DNA from: Octopus bimaculoides
Taxonomy: Eukaryota
NCBI RefSeq assembly: GCF_001194135.2
Contig: NC_068983.1
Coordinates: forward strand, 103,853,205-103,917,204
DNA length: 64,000 nt
Direction of reading: 5' to 3'
Under the pieces are notes generated by a model that saw nothing but the letters and a program-made list of their open reading frames with translations, had not been told where the DNA came from and did no database searches. Of this stretch, positions 1-10,274 are shown piece by piece. The stretch's first letter is position 1. Every line of letters begins with the position of its first letter. The translations under genes and the position numbers were made by a program.

Positions 1-700
1 AGGAAGGTTAACAAAGAAAGTAGAGTTTGTTTGTGGTAAATGTGCAGGAGTAATAAATACTGAGAACACACAGGAAACAGATTTTCTTGAATGCCCAGGA
101 GAATCCTTAGATATAGTAGATAGTTTCTGTTACCTAGGTGACCTAATTTGCAGTGGAGGGTGATGTTCTGAAAGTATAACTGTGAGAATAAGAAGGTTCA
201 GAGAGCTGTTACCTCTGTTGGGAACAAAAGGCTTCTCTCTCAGACTGAAATGCAGATTGTATGAGGCTTGTGTACAAACAACAATGCTAGTGAGATGTGG
301 GAGAGGATATGCATAAATTAGAAAGAAAGAAAGAATGAAATTAGCATATTCCACTGGATGTGTAATGTCAATGTGCATGTATGACAAAGTGCAAGTATGT
401 TGAGAGAAAAACTGGGTGCAAGAGGTATCAGATGTAGTGTGCAAGAGAGATGTGCTGAAATGGTTATGTGATGCACATGGATGAGGACAGCTGTATAAAA
501 AAAGTATCAATCACTAACTGTGGATGAAACCTGTGGAAGAGGGAGATCCAGGAAGACATGGGCTGATGTAGCAAAAAACTGATCTCAGGATGTTGAACTT
601 CATGTAGAAGATGACAAAAGACTGAAATGATTGATGATTTTCTCTGCTTGAAAAGACCTATCTATCCAAGCAAAAAATATATCCTAAAAAACGTATTGTT
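1..700 (+). mobile_element. RTE-clade LINE, decayed 3' end of ORF (RT C-terminus)
   Basis: Manual translation across stops and frameshifts: ...DSFCYLGDLI...RRFRELLPLLGTKGFSLRLKCRLYEACVQT...HWMCNVNV...GRGRSRKTW, typical of RTE ORF C-termini. Confidence 0.85.
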
Positions 701-707
701 TATGTCT

Positions 708-1041
708 GTGTGAAGGCACGTGGCTTAGTGGTTGGGGTATGCAGCTCACAATCATAAGGTCATGAGTTCAATTCCCAGATGCATGTTGTGTCCTTGAGCA
801 AGATAGTTTATTTCATGCTGCTCCAGTCCACTCAGCTGACAAAAATGAGTTGTACCTGTATTTCAAAGGGCCAGCCTTGTCACATTTTGTGTCACACTGA
901 ACCTCCTTGTGAACTACATTAAGGTTACACATGTTGATAGAGTGCTCAGCCATATGCATGTTAATTTCATGAGCAGGCTGCTCCACTGAACGATCAATTG
1001 GAACCCTCATCATCATAGCTGACAAAGTGCCAGTGTAGCAG
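708..1041 (+). mobile_element. SINE-A (tRNA head + CORE-like block) inserted into the RTE 3' region
   Basis: A box TGGCTTAGTGG, B box GAGTTCAATTCC, CORE-like GTGTCCTTGAGCAAGA...CTCAGCTGACAAAAATGAG; flanked by TATGTCT at 701-707 and 1042-1048 (TSD-like). Confidence 0.85.
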
Positions 1042-1400
1042 TATGTCTATACCCCAACATCTAATCTGTCCCTGTCAAAGCATCCCTACAACTTGTCTTC
1101 TTAACACCCACCCCATCACACTTTTGACTACACCACTATTTACTCATCTGCTGTAATTAAGTGAGAACAGAACAACACATATTTTATCCATCTATCTTGT
1201 GACATCAGTTATCCCTCTTTTCCTTCTGTCATTCATCCTCAATTTCATCTCTTACCACTTTATTTTCTATTGAATGCCTCTTTTTCCTGAATAACCTCTC
1301 ATATCTGCCACCAACACTCTCTACCATCTTTATTCATCACTTACTTTATCCACCCCTACATACCTCAGACCCTTGTCTCTACCACTGTACATCGATCTCT
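1042..1400 (+). mobile_element. Pyrimidine-rich 3' UTR of the same RTE family
   Basis: Aligns by eye to the reverse complement of 19760-20115, which also directly follows an RTE ORF end. Confidence 0.6.
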
Positions 1401-1524
1401 CACCTCTCCACACTTCCCATCATCTCGCAATTTCTTTTCTATCTATGCTTTTATTATACTGTCACCAATCACCCTCTTCTCCTTTACCCACTCCTCTTTC
1501 CTTCACATTCTTCCACAAACTCCA

Positions 1525-1912
1525 CAGGCACAGGTATGGCTGTGTGGTAAGAAGCTTGTTTCCCAACCACACAGTTCTGTGTTCAGTCCCACTGCATAGC
1601 ACATTGGACAAGTGTCTTCTACTATAACCTCGGGTTAACCAAAGCATTGTGAATGGATCTGGTAAACGGAAACTGTAAGAAGCCAGTCATGTACATATGT
1701 GTGTGTATCTCCATGTTTATTACTTGACAACTGGTGTTGATGTGGTTATGGCCCCCTAATTTTGTGGTCTGGCAAAAGCAACTGATAAAATAAGTACCAG
1801 GCTTAAGAAAAAAATGAGTACTGGAGTAAATTCTTTTGACTAAAAATTCTTCCAGTTGGTGCCCCAACATGGCCGCAATCTAATGACAGAAACAAGTAAA
1901 AGATAAAAGATA
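1525..1912 (+). mobile_element. SINE-B, full length
   Basis: tRNA-like head TGGCTGTGTGG...GTTCAGTCCC, internal TG repeat, tail CATGGCCGCAATCTAATGACAGAAACAAGTAAAAGATAAAAGA. Confidence 0.85.
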
Positions 1913-2089
1913 AACTACATTCATTTCTAGGTATACTCTGCTGTTTCATAACCACCATCTTTTCTCTATTTCTAGCTGGTGGGTAACAATGTACTTCCTC
2001 TAGAGCAAGGCACATGCACCTGTTCTTTTATCATACCTTATTCTACTGCCACTTAGTATAAAGCCACCCCACTGAATACTATACGACCA

Positions 2090-2322
2090 CTCAAGCAAGG
2101 AGTTCTGTCTTGCAAGTTACTTGGTAACCTCACTAGTGCTGGTGCAACATAAAAAGCACCCTTTACACTCTGTAGAGTGGTTAGTGTATGGAAAGGCATC
2201 CAGCTGTAGAAACCTTACCAAAACAGACATATAAGCTTGATGCAACCCTCTGGCTTGGCAGATCCTGCCAAATCATCCAACTCATGTCAGAGTGGAAGAT
2301 GAATGTTATACAATAATGATGC
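2090..2322 (+). mobile_element. SINE-D 3' part
   Basis: GGAAAGGCATCCAGCTGTAGAAAC core and degenerate (GAT/AAT)n tail. Confidence 0.75.
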
Positions 2323-2574
2323 TAAGTATATATATATATATATACACACATATATGAAGTATGTATATGTATCTATGTATATTTATATACAGATATTATA
2401 TGTATATTTAAAGAGAGAAAGAGAGTGAGAGAGAGAGATAGGGAGTGAGAGAGAGAGAGAGATGCTTGCTTATTAGACATACACACACAAGCATGTATAT
2501 GCAAGCATCTCTGGCTTTCTCTCTTATATGTGTGTGTGAGAGAGTGGTCGTATATGTGTGCTTGAGTGGTCGTA

Positions 2575-2922
2575 TAGTATTCAGTGGGGTCGATAAATTA
2601 AGTATCAGTTATGCACTGGGGTCGATGTAATCGACTTAACCCCTTTCTCTGTCCTTGTTTGTTCCCTCTATGTTTAGCTCCTTGTGGGCAATAAAGAAAT
2701 AAGAAATGTTAGCATGCCAGGCAAAATGCTTAGCGGTATTTCGTCTGTCTTTACGTTCTGAGTTCAAATTCCACCGAGGTCGGCTTTGCCTTTCATCCTT
2801 TCGGGGTTGATTAAATAAGTACCAGTTATGCACTGAGGTTGATGTAATCAACTTAATCCCTTTGTCTCTCCTTGTTTGTCTCCTCTATGTTTAGCTCTCT
2901 GTGGGCAATAAAGAAATAAGTA
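2575..2922 (+). mobile_element. Two tandem SINE-C copies (first 5'-truncated)
   Basis: B box GAGTTCAAATTCC; GCCTTTCATCCTTTCGGGGTTGATTAAATAAGTACCAG core; tail GGCAATAAAGAAATAAG twice. Confidence 0.85.
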
Positions 2923-3569
2923 TGTGTNNNNNNNNNNNNNNNNNNNNNNNNNNNNNNNNNNNNNNNNNNNNNNNNNNNNNNNNNNNNNNNNNNNNNNNNN
3001 NNNNNNNNNNATATATATATATATATATATACACACACATACATGTGTGTGTGTATGCATGTGTTTGTATGTATACACACACACACACACTCACAAACAC
3101 GCACACATATAGATACACACTCGCACAACTCCATTCCCACCAGAAATCATAGCAGTAAGAAAACAATCAAGATAAAACTATTTTCAAACTTCTGATTTCA
3201 TAGGATTCTAGTTGAACTAGTTTTGAAACTGCAGAGTTCCAGACGATGTTTTGCTGCACTACTAGTTCTTTAGCTGGCATGATATTTTGTGATTACCCAA
3301 GTGTATTCTTCAAAGCTCTAAGCTAAACTCAGATTTGATAACATGAAAGCCACCTGTCTATCTCTTACTTATGTCTGCAGATCTCAACATAAAAATAATT
3401 TGATACAAATATATTCCTGGAAGAGGAGAAAAGCTAAAAATGAGAATACAATCTTGAAAAATAAATAGAGAAATTTTTCTACATGGATAAAAATAATACA
3501 AGAAATAATAATGTGAACCAAATTATTTCAAACATAAATAAGAATTTTTGGCTGTAATCTTTTAGGTTT

Positions 3570-3790
3570 TACTCATTCCAGTCATTGAACTGCAGTCATG
3601 CTGGAGCACTGCCTTAAAGGGTTTAGTCAAGCAAATCAACCTCAATGCTTATTTGTTAAAACTTGATACTTATTCTATTGGACACTTTTACCAATCTGAT
3701 AAGTTATGGGGACATAAACAAACCAACACCGGTTGTCAAGTGGGGTGGGGGACAAACATGAACACGAAGACACTCACATAAATCTATACA
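3570..3790 (-). mobile_element. SINE-B 3' half
   Basis: CAGTCATGCTGGAGCACTGCCTTAAAG...CCAACACCGGTTGTCAAG matches the reverse complement of the SINE-B tail. Confidence 0.75.
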
Positions 3791-3800
3791 CACAAGCATA

Positions 3801-4012
3801 CATCATCATCATCATCATCATCATTTAGCGTCTGTTCTCCATGTTTTCCATGCTGGCATGGGTTTAGATAGTTTGATTGGAACTGGTAAGCCAGAGAGCT
3901 GCACCAGGCTCCAATCTGTTTTGGCTTGGTTTCTATGGCTGGATGACCTTCCTAGCACCAACCACTCCACAGAGTGTAGTGGGTGCTTTTTACATGTCAC
4001 TGGCATGGATAC
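3801..4012 (-). mobile_element. SINE-D 3' part
   Basis: (CAT)n then TTCCATGCTGGCATGGGTT...GGATGACCTTCCTAGCACCAACCACTCC. Confidence 0.8.
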
Positions 4013-4151
4013 CTTTTATGTATCACAAGCACAGGTGCTGTTTATATGTTCCCAGCACAGTTGCCTTTTACCAGCACTGACTTAATCCCTTTGTCTGTCC
4101 TTGTTTGTCCCCTCTATGTTTAGCTCCCTGTGGGCAATAAAGAAATAAGTA

Positions 4152-4219
<68 letters not shown>

Positions 4220-4261
4220 CATATATATACATATATATGCATGTATGTATGTATATATGTA

Positions 4262-4366
4262 TTTGTTGTTGGCACTCCGTCGCTTATGACGTCGAGGGTT
4301 CCAGTTGATCCGATAAACGGAACAGCCTGCTTGTGAAATTAACGTGCAAGTGGGTGAGCACTCCAC
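4262..4366 (-). mobile_element. SINE-A 3' end, cut by gap
   Basis: Reverse complement of ...AATTTCACAAGCAGGCTGTTCCG...GAACCCTCGACGTCATAAGCGACGGAGTGCCAACAACAA. Confidence 0.8.
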
Positions 4367-4697
4367 NNNNNNNNNNNNNNNNNNNNNNNNNNNNNNNNNN
4401 NNNNNNNNNNNNNNNNNNNNNNNNNNNNNNNNNNNNNNNNNNNNNNNNNNNNNNNNNNNNNNNNNNNNNNNNNNNNNNNNNNNNNNNNNNNNNNNNNNNN
4501 NNNNNNNNNNNNNNNNNNNNNNNNNNNNNNNNNNNNNNNNNNNNNNNNNNNNNNNNNNNNNNNNNNNNNNNNNNNNNNNNNNNNNNNNNNNNNNNNNNNN
4601 NNNNNNNNNNNNNNNNNNNNNNNNNNNNNNNNNNNNNNNNNNNNNNNNNNNNNNNNNNNNNNNNNNNNNNNNNNNNNNNNNNNNNNNNNNNNNNNNN

Positions 4698-4743
<46 letters not shown>

Positions 4744-5094
4744 TATGTGTGTGTGCATGTGTTTGTATGTATACACACACACATAGATACCCACTATGAT
4801 TTCACTTAGTTTGACATGTCTTCTCAAACACAGTGTTGTGGGAGGATTCTGACCACCCCATGTGACTAAAAGTGGACTGAAACATTGTTATAAAATAAAG
4901 AACTGTCAGTAGTTAAGAGTAAGCAGTTCACAGTGAGCCGTTAACGGAGAGCATTTAACTTCGTGTAACAGTAATCATAGTGCATCATGTGAAAACTTTC
5001 TTTCTCCCTGCTTCATTAAATTATTTATCCAACACCAGGATATAAAACACAGCAAATCACCAAAGGTCTCAGTCACCTGACATCACCTCAAGCA

Positions 5095-5570
5095 TATATA
5101 CATGCAATAAACCACATATACAGGAAGACTTTTAACAGATGCTCAATTAAAATATCACACAGCTGCTGCCCCACTATGAACATTATCACTCATAAATAAC
5201 ATCAACAACCTACTCTCATTTGTAACTGTCAAGAGCTTGAAGTTGCCCACTTGACTAGGAATGTATAATAAACTCTGTTGTATATGAGGCAGAAGTAACA
5301 GCAATGCTTCAAGATAACCTGACTGAAAAGAAGAATTACATAGGATAATTTCAAAAATCATTATACAAGCCACCTATTTTCTTTCCAGCACATTGACAAA
5401 AGAAATCCCACTAAGTTGACTAGCCATGTACGGAGTTTGAAGACCAACTTTACACCACATATGATCAAGTGGAGCATCATGGAGAAATCTAAGTATATTT
5501 AAATCGCTGGTGTTAGACATGCACACACTACATCCCAAAACAAAGACCTTAAATACATCCCTCAATATGA
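5095..5570 (+). pseudogene. Penelope-like element, thumb/GIY-YIG endonuclease remnant
   Basis: Manual translation: RKTFNRCSIKISHSC...CNCQE..CPLD*ECIINSVVYEAEV...KNYIG...FQHIDKRNPTKLTSHVRSLKTNFTPHMIKWSIMEKSK; stops and frameshifts present. Confidence 0.85.
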
Positions 5571-5686
5571 CAATGGCATTGTCTCCACTCTGCCCTAGGT
5601 ATGAACATCATATAATGGTATCTCTTTAACTTTGTTTACAAGATCAAATGCTTGATCTTGTTATCTCAGATGGTCTCCCAGAACTA

Positions 5687-5730
<44 letters not shown>

Positions 5731-5881
5731 CTTTACTGTAATTGCATCTCAGTTGTTAGTTGAGATGCAGGTCTAGAAAATAGTTCATCTTTCATCAAGT
5801 GGTCTCCCACCACCACTTGACATCTTTCATCAGATGTTAAGTCTCAATAAAGCTTATGTAAGGCTTAAATTGGAGTATTGC

Positions 5882-5965
5882 ACACTAGTGGTATTTAACC
5901 TAGTGGTATTTATAATGCCCCATTAGGGGCATTATAAGTTCGCAAGGACATGGCAACTGCCAAGA
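5882..5965. mobile_element. Possible hAT-type terminal fragment with a 12-bp perfect hairpin
   Basis: TTATAATGCCCC-ATTA-GGGGCATTATAA preceded by TAGTGGTATTTAACC; hAT assignment is only resemblance. Confidence 0.3.
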
Positions 5966-6129
5966 GGTCACTATGAAGGGTGCTGAGTGTTTAGAGAGGT
6001 CATGATATTTCTCAGAATTATAATATATAATCAGGTATAATACTCACATTTTAAGCATATTTTCAAATACAAAAGTCTTTGTAGCAATAGAAAATAAGTA
6101 GAACATTGTGATATCAGTGAGAGAAATCG

Positions 6130-6452
6130 GCAATCCATTGGTTATGACGATGAGGGTTCCAGCAGATCCAATCAATGGAACAGGCTGCTCATGAAATTAA
6201 TGTGCAAGTGGCTGAGCACTCTGCAGACACACATACCCTGAATGGAGTTCTTAGGTGGATTCAGTGTGACACAGAATGCAGTGATACTGGCCCTTTGAAT
6301 TACAGGTACAATTCATTTTTGCCATCTGAGTGGACTGGAACAATATGAAATAAAGTGCCTGGCTCAAGGACACAATACGCTGCTGAGAATTGAACTCATG
6401 ACCTTGCAGTTGTGAGCTAAATACTCCTAACCACTAAGACACAAGCTTTCAC
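6130..6452 (-). mobile_element. SINE-A, full length
   Basis: Reverse complement of head, CORE-like block (CATCTGAGTGGACTGGAACAATATGAAATAAAGTGCCTGGCTCAAGGACAC) and tail. Confidence 0.85.
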
Positions 6453-6819
6453 TAGAGAGTTAAAACATGATTGATGATGTATCGATGTGTGTTATAATTT
6501 CTTAAGTCTCTGCTTTCTTTAGTAATTTTGGTAAAAGTCTAATGTGGGGTGCACTGATCCACACAAAAAGTCTGTAAAAAGAAATATGCTGGCTGGAAGA
6601 CTATGAGAAACCATGGGTATTATACCTGATTTTTTTTACTAAATAATATTAGGAGTGGGTAAAAGAGGTACTGTGAAAGAAGTACTGAGCTGCAAAATGT
6701 TGCATACATATTCATGTCTAGGATTTTATCATTATACATACATATACATGTGCATACACCAGAGACACATTTACATACATACACATATGCACATACAGAT
6801 ATATATATATATATATATA

Positions 6820-7759
6820 NNNNNNNNNNNNNNNNNNNNNNNNNNNNNNNNNNNNNNNNNNNNNNNNNNNNNNNNNNNNNNNNNNNNNNNNNNNNNNNNN
6901 NNNNNNNNNNNNNNNNNNNNNNNNNNNNNNNNNNNNNNNNNNNNNNNNNNNNNNNNNNNNNNNNNNNNNNNNNNNNNNNNNNNNNNNNNNNNNNNNNNNN
7001 NNNNNNNNNNNNNNNNNNNNNNNNNNNNNNNNNNNNNNNNNNNNNNNNNNNNNNNNNNNNNNNNNNNNNNNNNNNNNNNNNNNNNNNNNNNNNNNNNNNN
7101 NNNNNNNNNNNNNNNNNNNNNNNNNNNNNNNNNNNNNNNNNNNNNNNNNNNNNNNNNNNNNNNNNNNNNNNNNNNNNNNNNNNNNNNNNNNNNNNNNNNN
7201 NNNNNNNNNNNNNNNNNNNNNNNNNNNNNNNNNNNNNNNNNNNNNNNNNNNNNNNNNNNNNNNNNNNNNNNNNNNNNNNNNNNNNNNNNNNNNNNNNNNN
7301 NNNNNNNNNNNNNNNNNNNNNNNNNNNNNNNNNNNNNNNNNNNNNNNNNNNNNNNNNNNNNNNNNNNNNNNNNNNNNNNNNNNNNNNNNNNNNNNNNNNN
7401 NNNNNNNNNNNNNNNNNNNNNNNNNNNNNNNNNNNNNNNNNNNNNNNNNNNNNNNNNNNNNNNNNNNNNNNNNNNNNNNNNNNNNNNNNNNNNNNNNNNN
7501 NNNNNNNNNNNNNNNNNNNNNNNNNNNNNNNNNNNNNNNNNNNNNNNNNNNNNNNNNNNNNNNNNNNNNNNNNNNNNNNNNNNNNNNNNNNNNNNNNNNN
7601 NNNNNNNNNNNNNNNNNNNNNNNNNNNNNNNNNNNNNNNNNNNNNNNNNNNNNNNNNNNNNNNNNNNNNNNNNNNNNNNNNNNNNNNNNNNNNNNNNNNN
7701 NNNNNNNNNNNNNNNNNNNNNNNNNNNNNNNNNNNNNNNNNNNNNNNNNNNNNNNNNNN
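6820..7759. other. Assembly gap (one of about ten large N runs)
   Basis: N runs; others at about 2928-3010, 4367-4697, 14120-14383, 15581-15811, 23623-24022, 39178-39885, 45421-45892, 58968-59321, 59947-60898; mostly flanked by (TA)n. Confidence 0.99.
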
Positions 7760-7778
7760 ATATATATATATACTTTAT

Positions 7779-7950
7779 TTAAAAGCAGCAGAAATATAAC
7801 AAAAAACCGTTACTCTGAGTTTCACGTTCCCGTTCATCGGTTTTTTTGTTATATTTCTGCTACTTTTAAATAAAGCATATTACTCTACCTCTGGTATTTG
7901 AGTACTCTTTTTTCCACCTTGTTGCACATTTCATGTGCTTACTCCGGTAT
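7779..7950. mobile_element. Penelope-like terminal repeat fragment in inverted arrangement
   Basis: 31/32-bp inverted arms 7779-7809 and 7838-7869 enclosing a hammerhead-like core; short unique tail ending in (TA)n. Confidence 0.6.
7807..7841 (-). ncRNA. Minimal type-I hammerhead ribozyme-like motif
   Basis: Minus strand CCGATGA-ACG(GGAA)CGT-GAA-ACTC(A)GAGT-A: core with U4C, GNRA-capped stem II, near-palindromic stem III, GUA site; stem I register broken in this copy. Confidence 0.5.
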
Positions 7951-8435
7951 ATATATATATATGTGCATCCAAAAGAAGTTCATTCAACTGATTAACAAAG
8001 ACTCATTCACTGCCAATATATGACAACCTCTTCCTCTTATGGTGTTTCATCTCTTTGTCTCTTCTATCTTGACTATAAAGGCCTCTGATTCCCAAAACTT
8101 GTTAACTGCATACACTACTCTTCATTGAGGCCTGTCTGATACACCTCTTCATATCATTCGTATTTGCTTTAGTCATCAAAATCTCCTACTAAACATTATT
8201 TTATAATCCTTCCTTCTCATATTTTCAACCATCTGAAATTCCACACTCACTTTCATTTCTATAGACATCAACCACCAGATGTTCAGATAGTGCACCAACC
8301 ACAAACTCCATTGATCTCACTTGTCTGTGAGGGCCTGCTAAGCTTGTTAATATTGTTCTACTTCCATTGACTAACTTATAAAAAGACTTAGAGCATGTAA
8401 TTTCATCTTCCTTTCTTCCAAGTCGAAACCCTGCT

Positions 8436-8479
<44 letters not shown>

Positions 8480-8489
<10 letters not shown>

Positions 8490-8790
8490 AATAAAATAAT
8501 TACCAGTGATATAAAAAGTTAAATCTGCCTCAACCCTACAGGTTCATTAGACCAAAGATAATTCCACTTTCTGAGGTACTAAGCGATTAAACATATAAAG
8601 ACTCCTCTCTGAAGAGGATGCCAGTCTGTCATAGGTTTTTCTCTAGCTGCTGCAGATGTTCATTTCAGTTGAGTGAACTGGAGAAATGTGAAATGAAGTG
8701 CCTTCCTCAAGACCACAATGTGCCACCCAGTCCTGAAACTGAACCTTTCAATCACAAATCCAACACTCTAACCACTAGGCTATGCACCTT
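8480..8790 (-). mobile_element. SINE-A variant (CORE-like head, different tail)
   Basis: CAGTTGAGTGAACTGGAGAAATGTGAAATGAAGTGCCTTCCTCAAGACCAC...CTCTAACCACTAGGCTATGCACC. Confidence 0.6.
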
Positions 8791-8812
8791 CAGTTTTAGC
8801 CAGTGATATACT

Positions 8813-9072
8813 ATCATCATCATTGTTTAACGTCCGCTTTCCATGCTAGCATGGGTTGGACGATTTGACTGAGGACTGGTGAACCAGGTGGCTACACCAG
8901 GATCCAATCTGATTTGGCAGAGTTTCAACAGCTGGANNNNNNNNNNTACACCAGGATCCAATCTGATTTGGCAGAGTTTCAACAGCTGGATGCCCTTCCT
9001 AACATCAACCACTCCGAGAGTGTAGTGGGTGCTTTTACGTGTCACCCGCACGAAGGCCAGTCAGGCGATACT
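8813..9072 (-). mobile_element. SINE-D 3' part (with overlap duplication across 10-N gap)
   Basis: (CAT)n GTTTAACGTCCGCTTTCCATGCTAGCATGGGTTGG...GATGCCCTTCCTAACATCAACC. Confidence 0.85.
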
Positions 9073-9265
9073 AAATTCTAAATTCAATAAATTATACTTT
9101 CTCTTGTATATAACTTAACATTCTGACAAGTAACAAGAAATCTATGATTATTTTACATGAGAATAATAAACAGGATCAACATGCCTTGATGAAAGGTATT
9201 CTTCAATGAATGCTTTAAAGAAGGGACAAGTGATATTTATGATCTGCATGTCTGACTATTAGTTG

Positions 9266-9819
9266 TATAGGGGGTTTCCCCTGCAAATTTGTCATTATGA
9301 ACTTTAATCTCATTAATGTTGACCTCATATTTGTTATTGTCAACCTCAATTTCATTAACATCTTAGTGTTTTCATTCTTTTACAGTTCTGTGACAAATAA
9401 TCACTGGCATCAATGTCTGCCCCTAAAAAAAAATAAAGAAAAAATTCACTCTATCCTAACCATGACAACATTTAAACCTGTAGTACTCAGATTTGTCTGT
9501 CAAATGTAATGCTTATTATTTATTCTTTTATTTGTTTCAGTCATTTGACTGTGGCCATGCTGAAGCACTGACATGAAGTATTTCAGTCAAACAAATTGAC
9601 CCCAGGACTTATTGTTTTAATTTTTAGCCTAGTCAATGTCTGTTCATAGAAACAATTTGCTCCATCCTACAATGACAATATTTAAATTGACAATGATAAA
9701 ATTGAGATAGCCGACAACATGATTTAGACTAAGGATAATAAAACTGAGGCTGACAATGACAAATTTGACATTGACAAAATTGAGGTCAATAATGATAAAT
9801 CTGGAGGGGAAAGCCTATA
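9266..9819. mobile_element. Unclassified MITE-like element with ~100-bp imperfect TIRs
   Basis: TATAGGGGGTTTCCCCTGCAAATTTGTCATTATG...CATCTTAGT versus ACTAAGGATAATAAAACTGAGGCTGACAATGACAAATTTG...GGAGGGGAAAGCCTATA; SINE-B fragment inside at about 9520-9630. Confidence 0.6.
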
Positions 9820-10274
9820 TGTGATGTAAGATAGGAACAACTAGAAATGAAAGCTTTGTAATACATCCTGCTAGCTTAGTCTTTTAATGCAATAAACAAA
9901 CAAACAAGTAGATAAATAAATAAAATCATATGAGAAGCAAATATTTCTGTACAAAGATCATTAAATGTGATTTGCAGAAATATTAGTTTCTATTTTTGAA
10001 AAAATAACAACAAAACTACATTTATGAATTCATGAATACAGTTCATTCAACCAGTTAATTAAAAAGTACTCTAGATTTTGGACAATTCATTGGTTATTCC
10101 TCTTAGCCTTACATTATCTCTTACATTTTTAACCCTATTTAACTCTGTAAAACTGGTCAATCTTACACATATTGTTGTTGTCTATCAAATACCATTGACA
10201 TTAAGTCATTGAGCTCATATCTGACTTGCTCTATTCATCTCAGTTTTGGGCCCATTACTGATGAGACACTTTAA

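Noticed and set aside
4850-4900. CTGACCA...GAAAC hammerhead-like spacing upstream of the PLE remnant
   Set aside because: Core mismatch, no convincing stem II or stem I, and no GUH site.
5374-5565. Minus-strand 63-aa ORF that looks like a globular exon
   Set aside because: It is antisense to a recognisable PLE GIY-YIG remnant on the plus strand.
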